Notes: generated by a model not told the origin, from the letters alone. A DNA stretch of 61,168 nucleotides, filler included, from 6 parts of 6 records of this genome joined end to end with filler, not necessarily neighbours in it, one strand, 5' to 3'; positions 9,809 through 21,256 are shown, numbered from the whole stretch's first letter. Numbers and translations: made by a program.

Positions 9809-10603
9809 ATGGCCGAGACTTCTGATCCCTGGTTCGATGCAGTGCCCGAGCATGCGCAGACCGATGCCGTGCTGCATGTGGACGTGCGCGGTTACGAAGG
9901 TCCCATGGACCTTCTGCTTGACCTTGCGCGCAAGCAGAAGGTCGATCTTTCGGGTATTTCGGTGCTGGCTCTGGCCGAGCAGTATCTGGCGTTCATCGAA
10001 ACCATCCGTCAGAAGCGGATCGAGGTGGCAGCCGATTATCTGGTGATGGCGGCGTGGCTGGCTTATCTCAAAAGCCGGTTGATGGTGCCCCAGCAAGCCG
10101 ATGATGACGAGCCGAGCGGCGAGGAAATGGCGGCGTTGCTGCAGTTCAGGCTGGCGCGGCTCGAAGCGATGCGAGAGGCAGCGGGGCGGCTGCTCAACCG
10201 ATCGCGGCTGGGGCGCGAGGTTTTTGCGCGCGGGATGCCAGAGCCGGTTTCGATCACGCGGCATGCGTTGTGGGAAGCTGACCTTTATCAATTGCTGCGG
10301 GCCTATGCGGCGCAGCGCGAACGCGGTATTCCGGCTGAATATTCGCCCCACCAGCGGACGGTGTGGGGATTGCAGGAGGCGCGGGAAATTCTGGAACGGT
10401 TGATCGGGCAGAGTTTTGAGTGGATTTCGCTCGATACCTATCTTGCGGACTATCTGGCACGGCCCGAAGAACGGGCAACGGCGATGGCGTCGAGCTTTAC
10501 GGCTTCGCTCGAACTGGTGCGACTGGGGCAGGTGGAGTTGCGCCAGCAGGAGGCTTTTGCACCGTTACTGATGCGCAGGCGGCAGGGGGACAAGCCGCTA
10601 TGA
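9809..10603 (+). CDS. scpA: Segregation and condensation protein A
   Basis: GYEGPMDLLL, LAEQYL, ADYLVMAAWLAYLKSR, SFTASLELVR. Confidence 0.95.
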   Translation: MAETSDPWFDAVPEHAQTDAVLHVDVRGYEGPMDLLLDLARKQKVDLSGISVLALAEQYLAFIETIRQKRIEVAADYLVMAAWLAYLKSRLMVPQQADDDEPSGEEMAALLQFRLARLEAMREAAGRLLNRSRLGREVFARGMPEPVSITRHALWEADLYQLLRAYAAQRERGIPAEYSPHQRTVWGLQEAREILERLIGQSFEWISLDTYLADYLARPEERATAMASSFTASLELVRLGQVELRQQEAFAPLLMRRRQGDKPL

Positions 10604-10896
10604 GTGCGATGGAAAACGATGCATCCGAGCTGCACGAGCGCAATCTGCGTATCCTCGAGGCTCTGTTGTTCGCGTCTGCCGAGCCGGTCGATCTGCGGGA
10701 TGTGCAGCCGTTCTTGTCCGATGGCGCCGATGTGGACGCGCTGATCGATGCGCTGCAGGCGCGCTATGCCGGGCGGGGCATCAACCTGGTGCAGCGCGGG
10801 TCGAAATGGGCGTTCCGGACAGCCGACGATCTCAATTTTCTGTTGCGGCGCGAGGAGACCGATACGCGGCCGCTGTCGCGCGCGGCGCTCGAAACG
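10600..10896 (+). CDS. scpB: Segregation and condensation protein B (3' truncated)
   Basis: LEALLFAS, RGINL, WAFRT, LSRAALET; ATGA overlap with scpA. Confidence 0.93.
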
Positions 10897-10996
10897 NNNN
10901 NNNNNNNNNNNNNNNNNNNNNNNNNNNNNNNNNNNNNNNNTTAATTAATTAANNNNNNNNNNNNNNNNNNNNNNNNNNNNNNNNNNNNNNNNNNNN
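10897..10996. other. Artificial contig-joining spacer
   Basis: N run, TTAATTAATTAA (stops in all six frames), N run. Confidence 0.99.
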
Positions 10997-11020
10997 ACTC
11001 ACTCACTCACTCACTCACTC
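10997..11020. repeat. (ACTC)6 microsatellite at contig end
   Basis: Read directly from sequence. Confidence 0.95.
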
Positions 11021-11225
11021 AACCGTTACAAAACTGCGGAGTTGGCAAGAGGTATGGGCTGTGCGCTTTCTTTTTCGGTGCGTCCAGTGTTATTTTTCCG
11101 TTTGCAGTTTTTGTGCCTGCGTGTGTGTGGGTTTCTGGGCGTGGCTTTCTGCGAGTGCTTCTTGTGGTCGTCGTTCTTGTTGGACTTCCAGTCGATTCTA
11201 AGGCGCGGTGCGGTAGGAGAGCAGG

Positions 11226-14200
11226 TTGCTGGACACACACGCACGGGTGGATGGATTCTCACGGGCAGCTTTGAACCTGCAGCCACGGCCTCGAACGGCT
11301 GTGGGCGAGAGGGTCAAGCCACACAGCAATAGCAAGCGGGAAATTCGGACCCTATTTTTGCTGCGTGAGTTCGTTGCAAGTTGCAACGCTGCGCGTTCGA
11401 TGTCGGGGGAGATGCAAATGCAAAGCAGCATTCGAGGAGCTCCGCCCACTGGACTGACGATGCGTAAATGGCTTTCAAAGGCGGCGACAGGGGGAAGCCG
11501 CAGCGAAGTATCCAGGCCCGTCTCGTCGACTGAGTCAGCGCTGTCGAAATTCGACAGCGCGACTCTTGACCGCATCTCCTCCGTAGCTGTACAAGCTGAG
11601 CGAATCATCGAGAGCGGCTCGAAGAAGCATTTGCCGGTAATTCGCAAAAATTACCGCACGCAAGTTCGTTCGTTGCTCGCTAAGGCTGCTCAAGAAGCGG
11701 CGGCAGGCAAGGAGAACACAGGGGTTGACCAGAGCAGGAGCAGCAGCAGCCTGCACAAACGAAAGGAATCGAATCCATCCACCCATTTGTTCCTCCCGAA
11801 ACACGCGGGTGGTGGAAGCAGACACGGTGGAGAGGGCGGCGGCCCAGGTGGCAGTTTGGAGCTTGCCTTGCACAAAGCAACGTTGGCATACTACCTGTCG
11901 CTGCACCTACACGAGCACAATTACCATCACTTGGCGCTTTTATCGGACTACATACTGCTCATTGAAGTGTGTTGTCGATTTCCCGCGGGATCCCGGCAGC
12001 ATGAAGATGCTGAGATCTTTCTCGTTCGATGTGAATCCATTGTTTCGGAGGAGACCATCGCGAGGCATCCTGACCAGTGCAAAGCATGCGCTGCTCAGCC
12101 CATTGTTGCGGGACTGCTTGAAGACTGGAATAGGCTTGAGTCTGCTCAGAAACTGTTCGCCGCACACACCCACGCTGCCACCTCAATCTATGGCACACTC
12201 CATCCAGCGAGCGGCGACGCGGCGCTGCAAGAGGCTGCTTTTCACGCCAGGCACAATGCTCATGCACTCTGCCTCCGTCAATGCCGAGTTGCGTTGTCGA
12301 TTGTTGTATTGCACGCGGGTTTGTGGAATGCCACTGCTGCGCAGCTGAACTTTCATATTGGGACGCATTTGAGGAGCATGGGCCTACAGTCCCAAGCAGC
12401 CTTCTTTTTCCAGAGGGCCGCTGATGTTTTTGAGTATGTTGCAACCAGTGCTTTGCAGCCCAACTCTGATCGGCCTGCGGGTGGCTATTCCCACTCTCTT
12501 AGTGTTGGACAACCCGTTGACAAGTCAGCTGCTGGTAGTGCTCTGCTGTGGTTTGTTCTCAGTAGTTTCCAACTTCACGCAGTGCAACGAGAAGCTGAGA
12601 ATAACTACCTTGCTCTGCGCCATCTACGAGAGGTGCGGGCTTTGCCGGGGCGCCTTGCAATTCTCGTGTGCGTCAACCTGCAATCCCTGGTGCAATCTTC
12701 TGACAATCGCCTCTTACTGTGTTTGATGGGTTTAGGCATATTTCGTTTTGTGCACACTGGTGCAGTGTGTGGCAACGGACAAACGTGTGAACCGCGGCCG
12801 TGCCAACTGGGTGGGAGCTGCCCGAGCGCAGCGGCTTGACCTAGACCTACACTCTCTTTTGCCTCTGTTTACGTCTGAACGGCAAGATCAAATTTTGCGT
12901 TTTGCGGGTGCCACATCGTTGGCACAGGCTCACGACGGCACTCGAGTGCCTGCAGTTTCGTCAGCAGCGTTCGTGTTGGCAAGTACCACCGGAAAGCCGG
13001 CGATCAGGCAGCTTGCCGTTTGTTGCTTTGAGGCATTGTCGAACTTAGAGCGGCATCTTGATATTCCCACTGCAAAAAGAAGCAAATCCGTTTTCGGTGG
13101 ACCGCACAGCATGGGGCTCAAGGGTGAATTGTTAGGACCAGATGCGCTTGTGTCAACAGCTGAGGGCGGGAATGTAAATTTCCAGTTCGATGCCGCGAAG
13201 CTGGTGAATATTGGGCAGGGGAGTCAAGCTGCGGCTGCTGTCGGCGTGGCGTTGTCAGCTCGCCAGCTTCTCGACGCATGTTCCAATGTATCTGATGCAA
13301 CAACCTTGTCATATTTTCGTGGCGCCGACATTACTGCTGCGGTCCATCGGGTTGACACGCATTTGTCAGCATACGAAGACAAAGACCTGTTAGCGATGGG
13401 GTTTCCGCCTTTTTTGGAAAACGCTTTTTTGCAGCATGTTGGCTCAAGTCAGCAGACTGCACATTCCACTCGCCCGTCAACTTTGCCGCGTTCCCGAGCA
13501 GGGACAGACTGGACTGAAGGGGAGTTGCGTAGGCGGTTTAAGCAACACGTGATTTTCCTGCAAGTCGTGCTTGGCAATGTTGCAGGCGGAAGTGGAAAGC
13601 CTCCCAACCCCAACTTCCACGGACCATCAAATGAAACCGCTGCTAGCACAAGGTCCTGGGACAGACTTCAACAAAGAAAACTTGATCTCGTAGCCTCCAA
13701 TTCCGAGTCGTCCGGAAGCGAGCGAGATGACCTAGTCCGATTGTTTATGCGGCAATTGGGTGGTGGATTTGATGGCAGTGGACTCGGAACTTCCGTTACT
13801 TTGAATGGCGGGCTAGGGACTGCGCATGACAGCGAACTGGCCTCAGCAACGGTCTTGGTCGACATTTACGAGTCAAATCTTGCTCGTGTGTACCAAGGCC
13901 TAGCCCAGAATCTTGCCGCAGCGGAGGGCCATGGTGACACAGAAGGCCCGCCAATGGTTGGTGGGCGCTCATCAGTAGCACCATCTTCGATTCCCTCAAG
14001 CACCATGCAACAGGACATTGCCTTTGCCAGTCGAGCACGCTTTGCAGGTCCCCATGCACGGTACGGAGGAGGGCCGAATGGAGGCGGCTACTCAGCCATG
14101 GCAGCTCCTCATCATGCGTTCCACGTGTCTCCTGGCGTCAGGTCAGGCTTCGAGTCTGGAGCTGGCGGTGGCAATAGGCCGAGCACCCTCATGTCATGGA

Positions 14201-17200
14201 ACACTCTGTCTACAAACCACCAAGTGGGCCCTTTTGGGCAAGGCCGACCGAACGGTGGAGGATGGGCTGGTCTCGGATCTATTGGCGGCTTTACAATGGG
14301 CGCTGGAAGCTTCGGCCCGCCTGGACATGGGGGGTTAGGACTCGGCGCTCTTGGCGGTGCTGGGTCGGGTGACGTTGGATCGGCGGCTGGGATGGGTCCC
14401 GGCGGACTTGGCGTGTCTGCCATCGGAGATGGTGGTCCAGGCGGGCTCGGGAGTGCCAGGACAAGCGGCCTGAGTGCAGGTGCGGCGAATCAGTCGCTGA
14501 TGATGAAAGCTCACAGCGAGTTGGCTTTAGATGAACATTTCAGCGCGGCGGAGTTGCTAGCAGCCATTGAGAGGATCAACTTTCAGGCTCGAGCTGCCTC
14601 GGGGAAGGCTATCATATGTAAGTTGGAATGGGGTCGAGCAGTGGATGAACTGGCTTGTGGAAGCGATGACTTGTGCTCAAATCACCATTGGTACCGCCTT
14701 TGAACATGTTCCATTGCTGCTGTGATCTATTTATTAAACAGCTAACGAACTCCGAGATCGATGGATTGCCTTTGTCAGAGCCTCGCCGAATGGTGAGCGA
14801 TGTGCAGCAGAGCTGCTTACCGAGTTTGTGGAAAACCGTGTGCATGTTTACGCCGTCCTTGGTGACATTGGTCGCCATCGAGCTCGTCATGGGAGTGGCG
14901 GAGCTGGCCGGGCCGGAGGTGACCGCATCATGACAGACGCTTCTGGACGCCGTGTGCATGTCACCCCCTTCACTGCTGATGAGCTGTGGCAAGCAGCTGC
15001 AGGAGCTGTGCTGGCTGTTGGCACTCTCCGGCACCTGCAACGAAAAGTCCGTTCTGACCGTTGCACAGTTTTGCTGTGCGTTTCGATGTTGGCGTTTGAC
15101 CTCAGTACGTTTTTCTTTGTTCGGTGGCAGGCTCGAGGACTTCGAATTTCAACAATGGTGTTGGGGATGGGCGTATTTACGAACCTTTTGCGGCGCCGAA
15201 TGGTGGGTATTGTTGGTATGTTGCCACTGCTATTTGTGTCGACGCTGCTTTCTGCAACATTCACCTCTCACCAAATGAATGCAGGCTGGTCGGCGATGTG
15301 GTAAAATTCTTGCGCTGGGGCTGTTGCGCGGCAAGGCATTACAGCGCGTTGCTCGACGCCTGCACCAAAGTTCAAAGGTTCTAGCAGCCGGATTATTGCT
15401 TCGGCTTGGCACACTTGGCGATGCTGCGTTTGCCCCTCCAGCACAGCACTCGGGTGGAGTGTTGCGCCCTCCGGGCATGGGCGGCCTTCCGATGATGCCC
15501 GGAACAAGCCGCAAGAAAATGGTGCGAAAAATTGAAGAACATGTTTTTCAGGAAGCAATGACATGTCGTTGATTGCGTTTCAGGGATACATTTTTCACAT
15601 GCCCACGTTTGATGTTCCTGTGTAGCGGAGGAAAAAGAACAAGACTCGTGGCGTGTACCTGACGGAAACATTTGCTGATGCAGACGTTGCAGGAAGCATT
15701 TGGGTGCGATATTTTCAGACATTGGGATTGGCGCACGTTGGGGCATTGATCTTCCAAGCACACGCCATTGCTGCATTTCATTTTGTGTGTTTGGTGGCCT
15801 CGAATTCTGCTGTAGGCATCGAAGAATGAAGGTTTTGACTTAGATGCGGTGCTGGGGAGCGACGCTGCTTTGCACGCGCAATTTTCCACTCAAAGAAAAA
15901 AGAAAGAAAAGGTTTTTACACACAATTCGTTGAGACGAAGTGGCGAACTTGCTGCGTACACCCATGTCGTCGATTTGACCTTTTTCTTCTTCGCGACGAC
16001 AATTTGCTGTTGCCTCAGAAAAAGAGTCATTCGAAGAAGACGGGCCCTGAGCTCGGCGCGGATGGACAGCCATTGCCTGAAAAAAGCAAGCCACCCCAAT
16101 TCGGGCCTGAAGGAAATGACCGGCAAAAACTTAGTTTAATGCTCTACAAGTTTCAGGGGAGCGAGCTTGATATTGCCCAGGTCCGTGGCGAATGAAGGAT
16201 TTTGCTTTTTTGTCTGTAGACACGTCACAAAGTGGCTGTTTTTGGGATGACTCAAAAGTTTTTTTTTTCTTATGTGCATGTTTTGGTCACGCAGGCTCTT
16301 GCTGTCTTTGATCTTGAAACAATAACATCTGACATGGTGCAGAAGATGTTCATTGCTACAGAGCCGGGGCGCAATTCTTCGTGAGTGCTGATTGTGTTGT
16401 CGCTTGTGCAGCGGCTTTTCTCCACAGCATGTGCTGAAAGTTTATCCATTTTGTGTGATTCATGGTTGCCAGCTACACCGTTCTCGAGTCGATCAAGGCA
16501 GCTGGAGAGTGGCTGAAAAAGAAGGACCCGGTCACCAATGAGAACTGGCACTTTGAGCAATGGGTTGGCGTAAAAGGCTTGGAAATTGAGGCTTTTTGTG
16601 TCGCGATGTAAGTGGCCTCCGGAGTGGCACCCCTGCTGAGCCATTGCATTCTTGGTTGAAAAATGAGTGCGCATTGCGTTGGCTTGGTTGCTGGTTGAAG
16701 GCATTCTGTGCTGGGCTCTGCAAACGGGTTTTTGACGCGCGTCAAGATTATTCAATTCATGCACAGCTTCGAAGACACTCGACAAAACTTGCTGACAAGC
16801 ATGGTGCGTTCTCGTGGAAAGCTTTTTTTCCTCAGCCTGCAGTACGGAAGACACCCTGAGTCGATCGGCTGGGCATGCTTACGTGTTCCGTAGGAACTCC
16901 TGAACTCAGCACTCACTGAGCTCGTGGAATGCAAGCGGCTACATGTTTTTCTCAAGCTAATGCTTCGCTTGGCAAACAAGCTCAATGAAGGCGGAAAATT
17001 CGCAGGTCCGCACGAATATTTACGATCATTGTTGCCCCTATTTGATATGCATTGACATGCCCTTGCACCACGGACTAAACTATGCTTCAGGTGCTAAAGC
17101 GATATCCGTCCGTGACTTGGATAAGTTGTCCGCGTGCCAAACCAACGAGCGGAAGTCAGCAGTTTACTACATCGTGGAGCATCTCGAAGATGCTGGAACT

Positions 17201-19257
17201 GACGAAGCAAGGAACATTCTTGTAAGTTGATTTTGGAATGTTTGCATGATTCTCGTAAGCAGGTGCGCGAGTTGCAATGGGCAGGGCGTGTTCCGACAAT
17301 TTTTTGCGCGCAAATTGTGTTTCGCGACAGAGCTTCCCGGAAGAATTGCCAGCGTTGGAACGCGCCTCCAAGGTACCACAACGAAATTTCCAAAACAGTT
17401 GCAACGCCCTCCGCAATAAGATGGAATTCATGCGTTCAATGATTGACAAGAAACCACCTGAATGGAGGGTGCGTTGCCGTGACGAAGCAACTACCGTGGT
17501 GCTTTGTGTTTATTTCTCTCCGGTTTTTTGAAAGGCGAATGCCCCCACGCGTCATGTTTCAAGGCAATTCTCGGCGATTGGGTGGAAGAAAAGTCCCCGC
17601 GACTCGATGAAGTGCTTGAATTAAAAAACGTCGTTCTCGCCCAGTATGTCGATAACCGATCGTTACCCATCAAACTGTTGACGTTGATGCGCCAACAGTC
17701 AGCAGCGGTATGTCGGCAACTTGTGATGCCCCTCTTTTTTTTCATCGTGGTAGGTATAAAGAGACCGCAACCCTCTTGCCAATGGAAAAGCCAAATCGCC
17801 CCCCCGTTCTCATTGAAGACTATTTGACGGTTTGTCCCCAGTGCGCCACTGTTTTCGAAGAAGACTTTGTTTCGTGGCGCTAATTCGCTCTGTTGTGGAA
17901 TTTTGCGTAAAATGTCTCGGTGCGCTCTGCCAGGCAATATTGAATTTCGTGTCAACGTTTAGCTCTGAAGTGATTAAGATGAGGAAAAAAAAAGCTGCTG
18001 AGCAGCGCCGCGCCGAAAAAGCGGCCGCCAAGCTGGCGAAAGCAGAGGCAAATGTAAGAAACGGACACATTGGCCACGTGAGAGAGGGGCACTATTGGCT
18101 TTGTGGGAACTTCACGAATTTTCTATTCACTTTATTTATGTGCGCTCTTTTGCTCGCACCCGCCACAGGCCGCGAAGGAAGCTGCGCGAGAGGTATGGTT
18201 GATCCCTGCGTTTTATTGACACGTCATGCTGCTGGCAGCCACCGTCGATGCATCTCCAGGCGAGCACATTGGCGCGACTGTTCCTCATTCCGTAATCTTG
18301 CTGCATTGCTCATCTTGGCCAGATGGACGACTTGCTTGGCGACGGCATAGACGACGCTGATTCTCCAATTCGCAGACGGCCGAAGGCTCGAATGTCCAGC
18401 TCCCTGTCACGCGAGTATTCCGAGGCCGAAGATCGTGCGGTACGATATTGCCGTTAGTGCATACGGATGCACAATTGTGCATTCAATTTCGCAGTCTTGG
18501 CGCGGGTGTCCATTTGCGTTTGTTAATGCCGTAAATTCAACGATGCATAGGCACGTGTAATTCAAGCAAACGCCCGCCGCCGACGTGAGCGTCGTCGACG
18601 CAGGGTTCGTTCGTTTAGTGGATGCATTTGTCTTTTTTTTTTCCGTCTGTTGTTGGTAGCTACCTGCTTTGATCTCACCACCTCTATGAAACATTTTTTG
18701 CCGCCGGATACTGTAACAGCGTGGCCGATCCAACAATGAAGATCGGACCCAAGACCAGTCACAGCCATCAGCGCAGCCCCAAGTCATTGTTTTCACTGGG
18801 CCTTTGCTGAAGGCTCCGAGGCAACACGGCAAATTAAAGACTAATGCTTTGGTATGTACCGCGTGCAGCCAGCGCATGTTTTTTGGAAGACTGTTCCGTG
18901 GTGAAGACGTCAAGTGCTAAGCATGCTTCCTCCGGCTTTGTCCAGGATTTGGTTCAAGAACAACTAAAAATGCGGTGGTTCCGCCTTCGACGGAATGGTG
19001 TGCTTGAATACTTTGCCGACAAGAACATGCTGGAGCGCAAGGGAGTTCTTCGACTGGGACCAGCGGCAACCGTACGGCGCATTGACAGTGCTGGTGGGAA
19101 ATTTGGCTTTGTCGTTGAGAGTGCAGAGGATGGGGCACTTGTGGCTGACGCGGGTACCGACGAGATGGCCAGTCGGTGGGTACAGCATTTGCGTAACGTC
19201 GTCAGTGAAGCGGCTACAGAAGCTCAGTTGAACAGCCCCAATTCGGCAGGGAAGTGA
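11226..19257 (+). CDS. Spliced eukaryotic gene: atypical formin (TPR-like, Gly-rich, FH2, DAD-like, IQ, PH); 5' end uncertain
   Basis: Frame-consistent GT-AG exons: ~11226-12632, 12766-14617, 14742-15046, 15131-15202, 15285-15521, 15626-15703, 15816-15911, 16019-16180, 16295-16380, 16473-16607, 16701-16803, 16894-17005, 17091-17221, 17331-17468, 17564-17643, 17754-17829, 17934-18053, 18169-18192, 18323-18439, 18551-18604, 18720-18851, 18946-19257. Introns are 82-133 nt. FH2-like blocks in order: GSIW, RQKLSLMLYKF, LTRVKIIQFMHSF, LKLMLRLANKLNEG, AKAISVRDLDKLSACQT..KSAVYYIV, FPEELPALERASKV, EDYLTAILNFVSTF. Confidence 0.8.
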
Positions 19258-19401
19258 AGCTGTAAGAACATAAAGTGTGCATGCACCTTGCTTTTGATGT
19301 TCGACAATTACTTCCACAGCCAGCTGCTTCACAGACGCGCGGATACCACCAAAATTGGGAATTGCATGGAAAATAAATGAATAAATTGGGAGAGTATGCA
19401 G

Positions 19402-19938
19402 TTATGATATCATCAAATTCCATCGAAGCGCCTTTTGCATGTCAGGGGTAAGCGTGAGCTCCGCTTCCCGTCGTGGGCGCGCCTTTCCCCCGCTCAACAA
19501 TAGCGGGGTATTCATAGTCGGCGCTGATCCAACCATGAAGTCGTCGTCGCTCTCGTAGCCACTCTTGGTTTGCTTGCTTGGAGTTCGCGGGTCTTCTACA
19601 CGACAAACGAATTGTCCGAGGCCGTCGAAGTATGGCGGGCCAACAAATACGTCATCATTGGGCGCGAACGAAGTGGGCCAGCTCGCCGTATCGGCCTACC
19701 ACAAGCACGCCAAAAGGGAAAAAGAAAATTTAGGAACTCAAACGGTTGGCACAACAGGCGGCGAAGCGTTCAAACTCCTACGCACCGCTTCTGAAGGCTC
19801 GTGCCGCTGACTCCGTGCTTGCAGCTGTGCAGCGGTACACAGAGCGGCCACCGGAACGGCTTCCACCGCTCCACTCCGGAATCGAACCGCGAAAAACACT
19901 TCACCAGAATCATCAACAGCCTGCCGCGCCTGAACCAT
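19402..19938 (-). CDS. Hypothetical two-exon eukaryotic protein
   Basis: ATG 19938 (MVQARQAVDD...), GTGCGT donor near 19785, TAG acceptor near 19696, in-frame second exon ending at TAA 19402. Confidence 0.4.
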
Positions 19939-20085
19939 TTTAGCGACAGCGCAACAGTCCAACAACAGCGGGAGTGAGAGCAGGCAATGGAGCTTGCGAA
20001 GGACACAATACAATTACACTGTGCACGGACGCAACGAAAGCAACACCACGAGAAGGGAGCGGAAGCAGCAATTACTGTTGTTCAG

Positions 20086-21066
20086 TCAGTCGCTGACCTC
20101 ATCGCTGTCCGCAAAAGATGCTTCAAAAGATGAAGAGAAACCGTTATCAACATTGTTCTGCAGACGGTTGAAAGCGGCGGTCGCAGGGCTATCTTCAACA
20201 CCAGCCGTCTCGCTCGACACCTGAGACGCATCGCCCATGTTTCCAGGTGCACCGTTGTTGGCGGTTTCGCTCAGTGCAGGGTTTGTGTTATAATTCACCG
20301 AGTAGAGGCGCTCTCGGCCTGTAGAGTCCAAAAAAACAGTGTCGCTGGGTGGATTGCAACGTCTCAGAATCACAGCTGGGAACCACCACTGCGCGACGAC
20401 ACGCAGGACGTATGTAGCTTCTTGAGCACGCCGCCCATTGACCACATCATCCCTGAGCTCAACTAGTTGCCACAAGGGCGTCCGATCCGCAGAAAGGCAA
20501 TGTAGCTTTTGGTTGATGTCGCTGAAGTAAAGCAAACTTTCTTCCGAGGCTGTACCCCTGCCAGCGCCCGCAGCACCTTTTCGCAATGACGTGCACTGTA
20601 GCGCTAACAAATCTCCATTTTTTTCGTGTGTGGCGACACTCGCAACCTTGAAAATCGCAGCGCTTCGCGTCGATGAGACCAGACACTTGCATTCCGGTGA
20701 CTGGGTGTTCACACACAGCACATCTTGAGACGTCGCCTCCTGAAAGATCAGACTTGATCCAACTTTTGGCACAAAAACTTCGCTGCTGTCGACCGCCACG
20801 CCAAGTCCATCGTCGTCAACGCTCACAGATCGCCCAGTGGTAGGCATTCGGCTGTCATTGCCTGGAGTACCAACATCCAGCGAGTGGCTGTGGCCCACAG
20901 GAGTCCGTGACGGAGTCGGGACGGAGATCCCAGCCGTAGCACTCTGACTGCTCAATCCACGCTGGCGGCGAAAGTTGTTCGTCCATTGCTGCGGAGGCGC
21001 CGAAGGCAGCGAGAAGGACGGACCATCGCGGTTCGAAAGCTGCGGCTTGCTGTCGCAACAACCCAT
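20086..21066 (-). CDS. Hypothetical protein with N-terminal MGCC acylation motif
   Basis: 326-aa single-exon ORF starting MGCCDSK, in AAAATGG start context. Confidence 0.65.
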   Translation of the reverse strand: MGCCDSKPQLSNRDGPSFSLPSAPPQQWTNNFRRQRGLSSQSATAGISVPTPSRTPVGHSHSLDVGTPGNDSRMPTTGRSVSVDDDGLGVAVDSSEVFVPKVGSSLIFQEATSQDVLCVNTQSPECKCLVSSTRSAAIFKVASVATHEKNGDLLALQCTSLRKGAAGAGRGTASEESLLYFSDINQKLHCLSADRTPLWQLVELRDDVVNGRRAQEATYVLRVVAQWWFPAVILRRCNPPSDTVFLDSTGRERLYSVNYNTNPALSETANNGAPGNMGDASQVSSETAGVEDSPATAAFNRLQNNVDNGFSSSFEASFADSDEVSD

Positions 21067-21226
21067 TTTGCCAAGGTTTTTTTCACTGCCTGTCTTGTTT
21101 GTGTTTGTGCTCACCACAGCAAACTACCGACACTTTCGGAACAATGCCTGGCCAACGTTGGCCAGGCACCTATAACGCACGTTGCAGTGAAGCTCACGGT
21201 AAGAAGAAGCAAATCACTTCCAACGT

Positions 21227-21256
21227 GAGAGAGAGCGAGAGAGAGCGAGAGAGAGG
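21227..21256. repeat. GA-rich microsatellite (GAGAGAGAGC)n at contig end
   Basis: Read directly from sequence. Confidence 0.9.

Noticed and set aside
14050-14480. Gly-rich stretch as a collagen-like or PE-PGRS-like gene
   Set aside because: No strict Gly-X-Y periodicity; it is a low-complexity segment within a formin exon.
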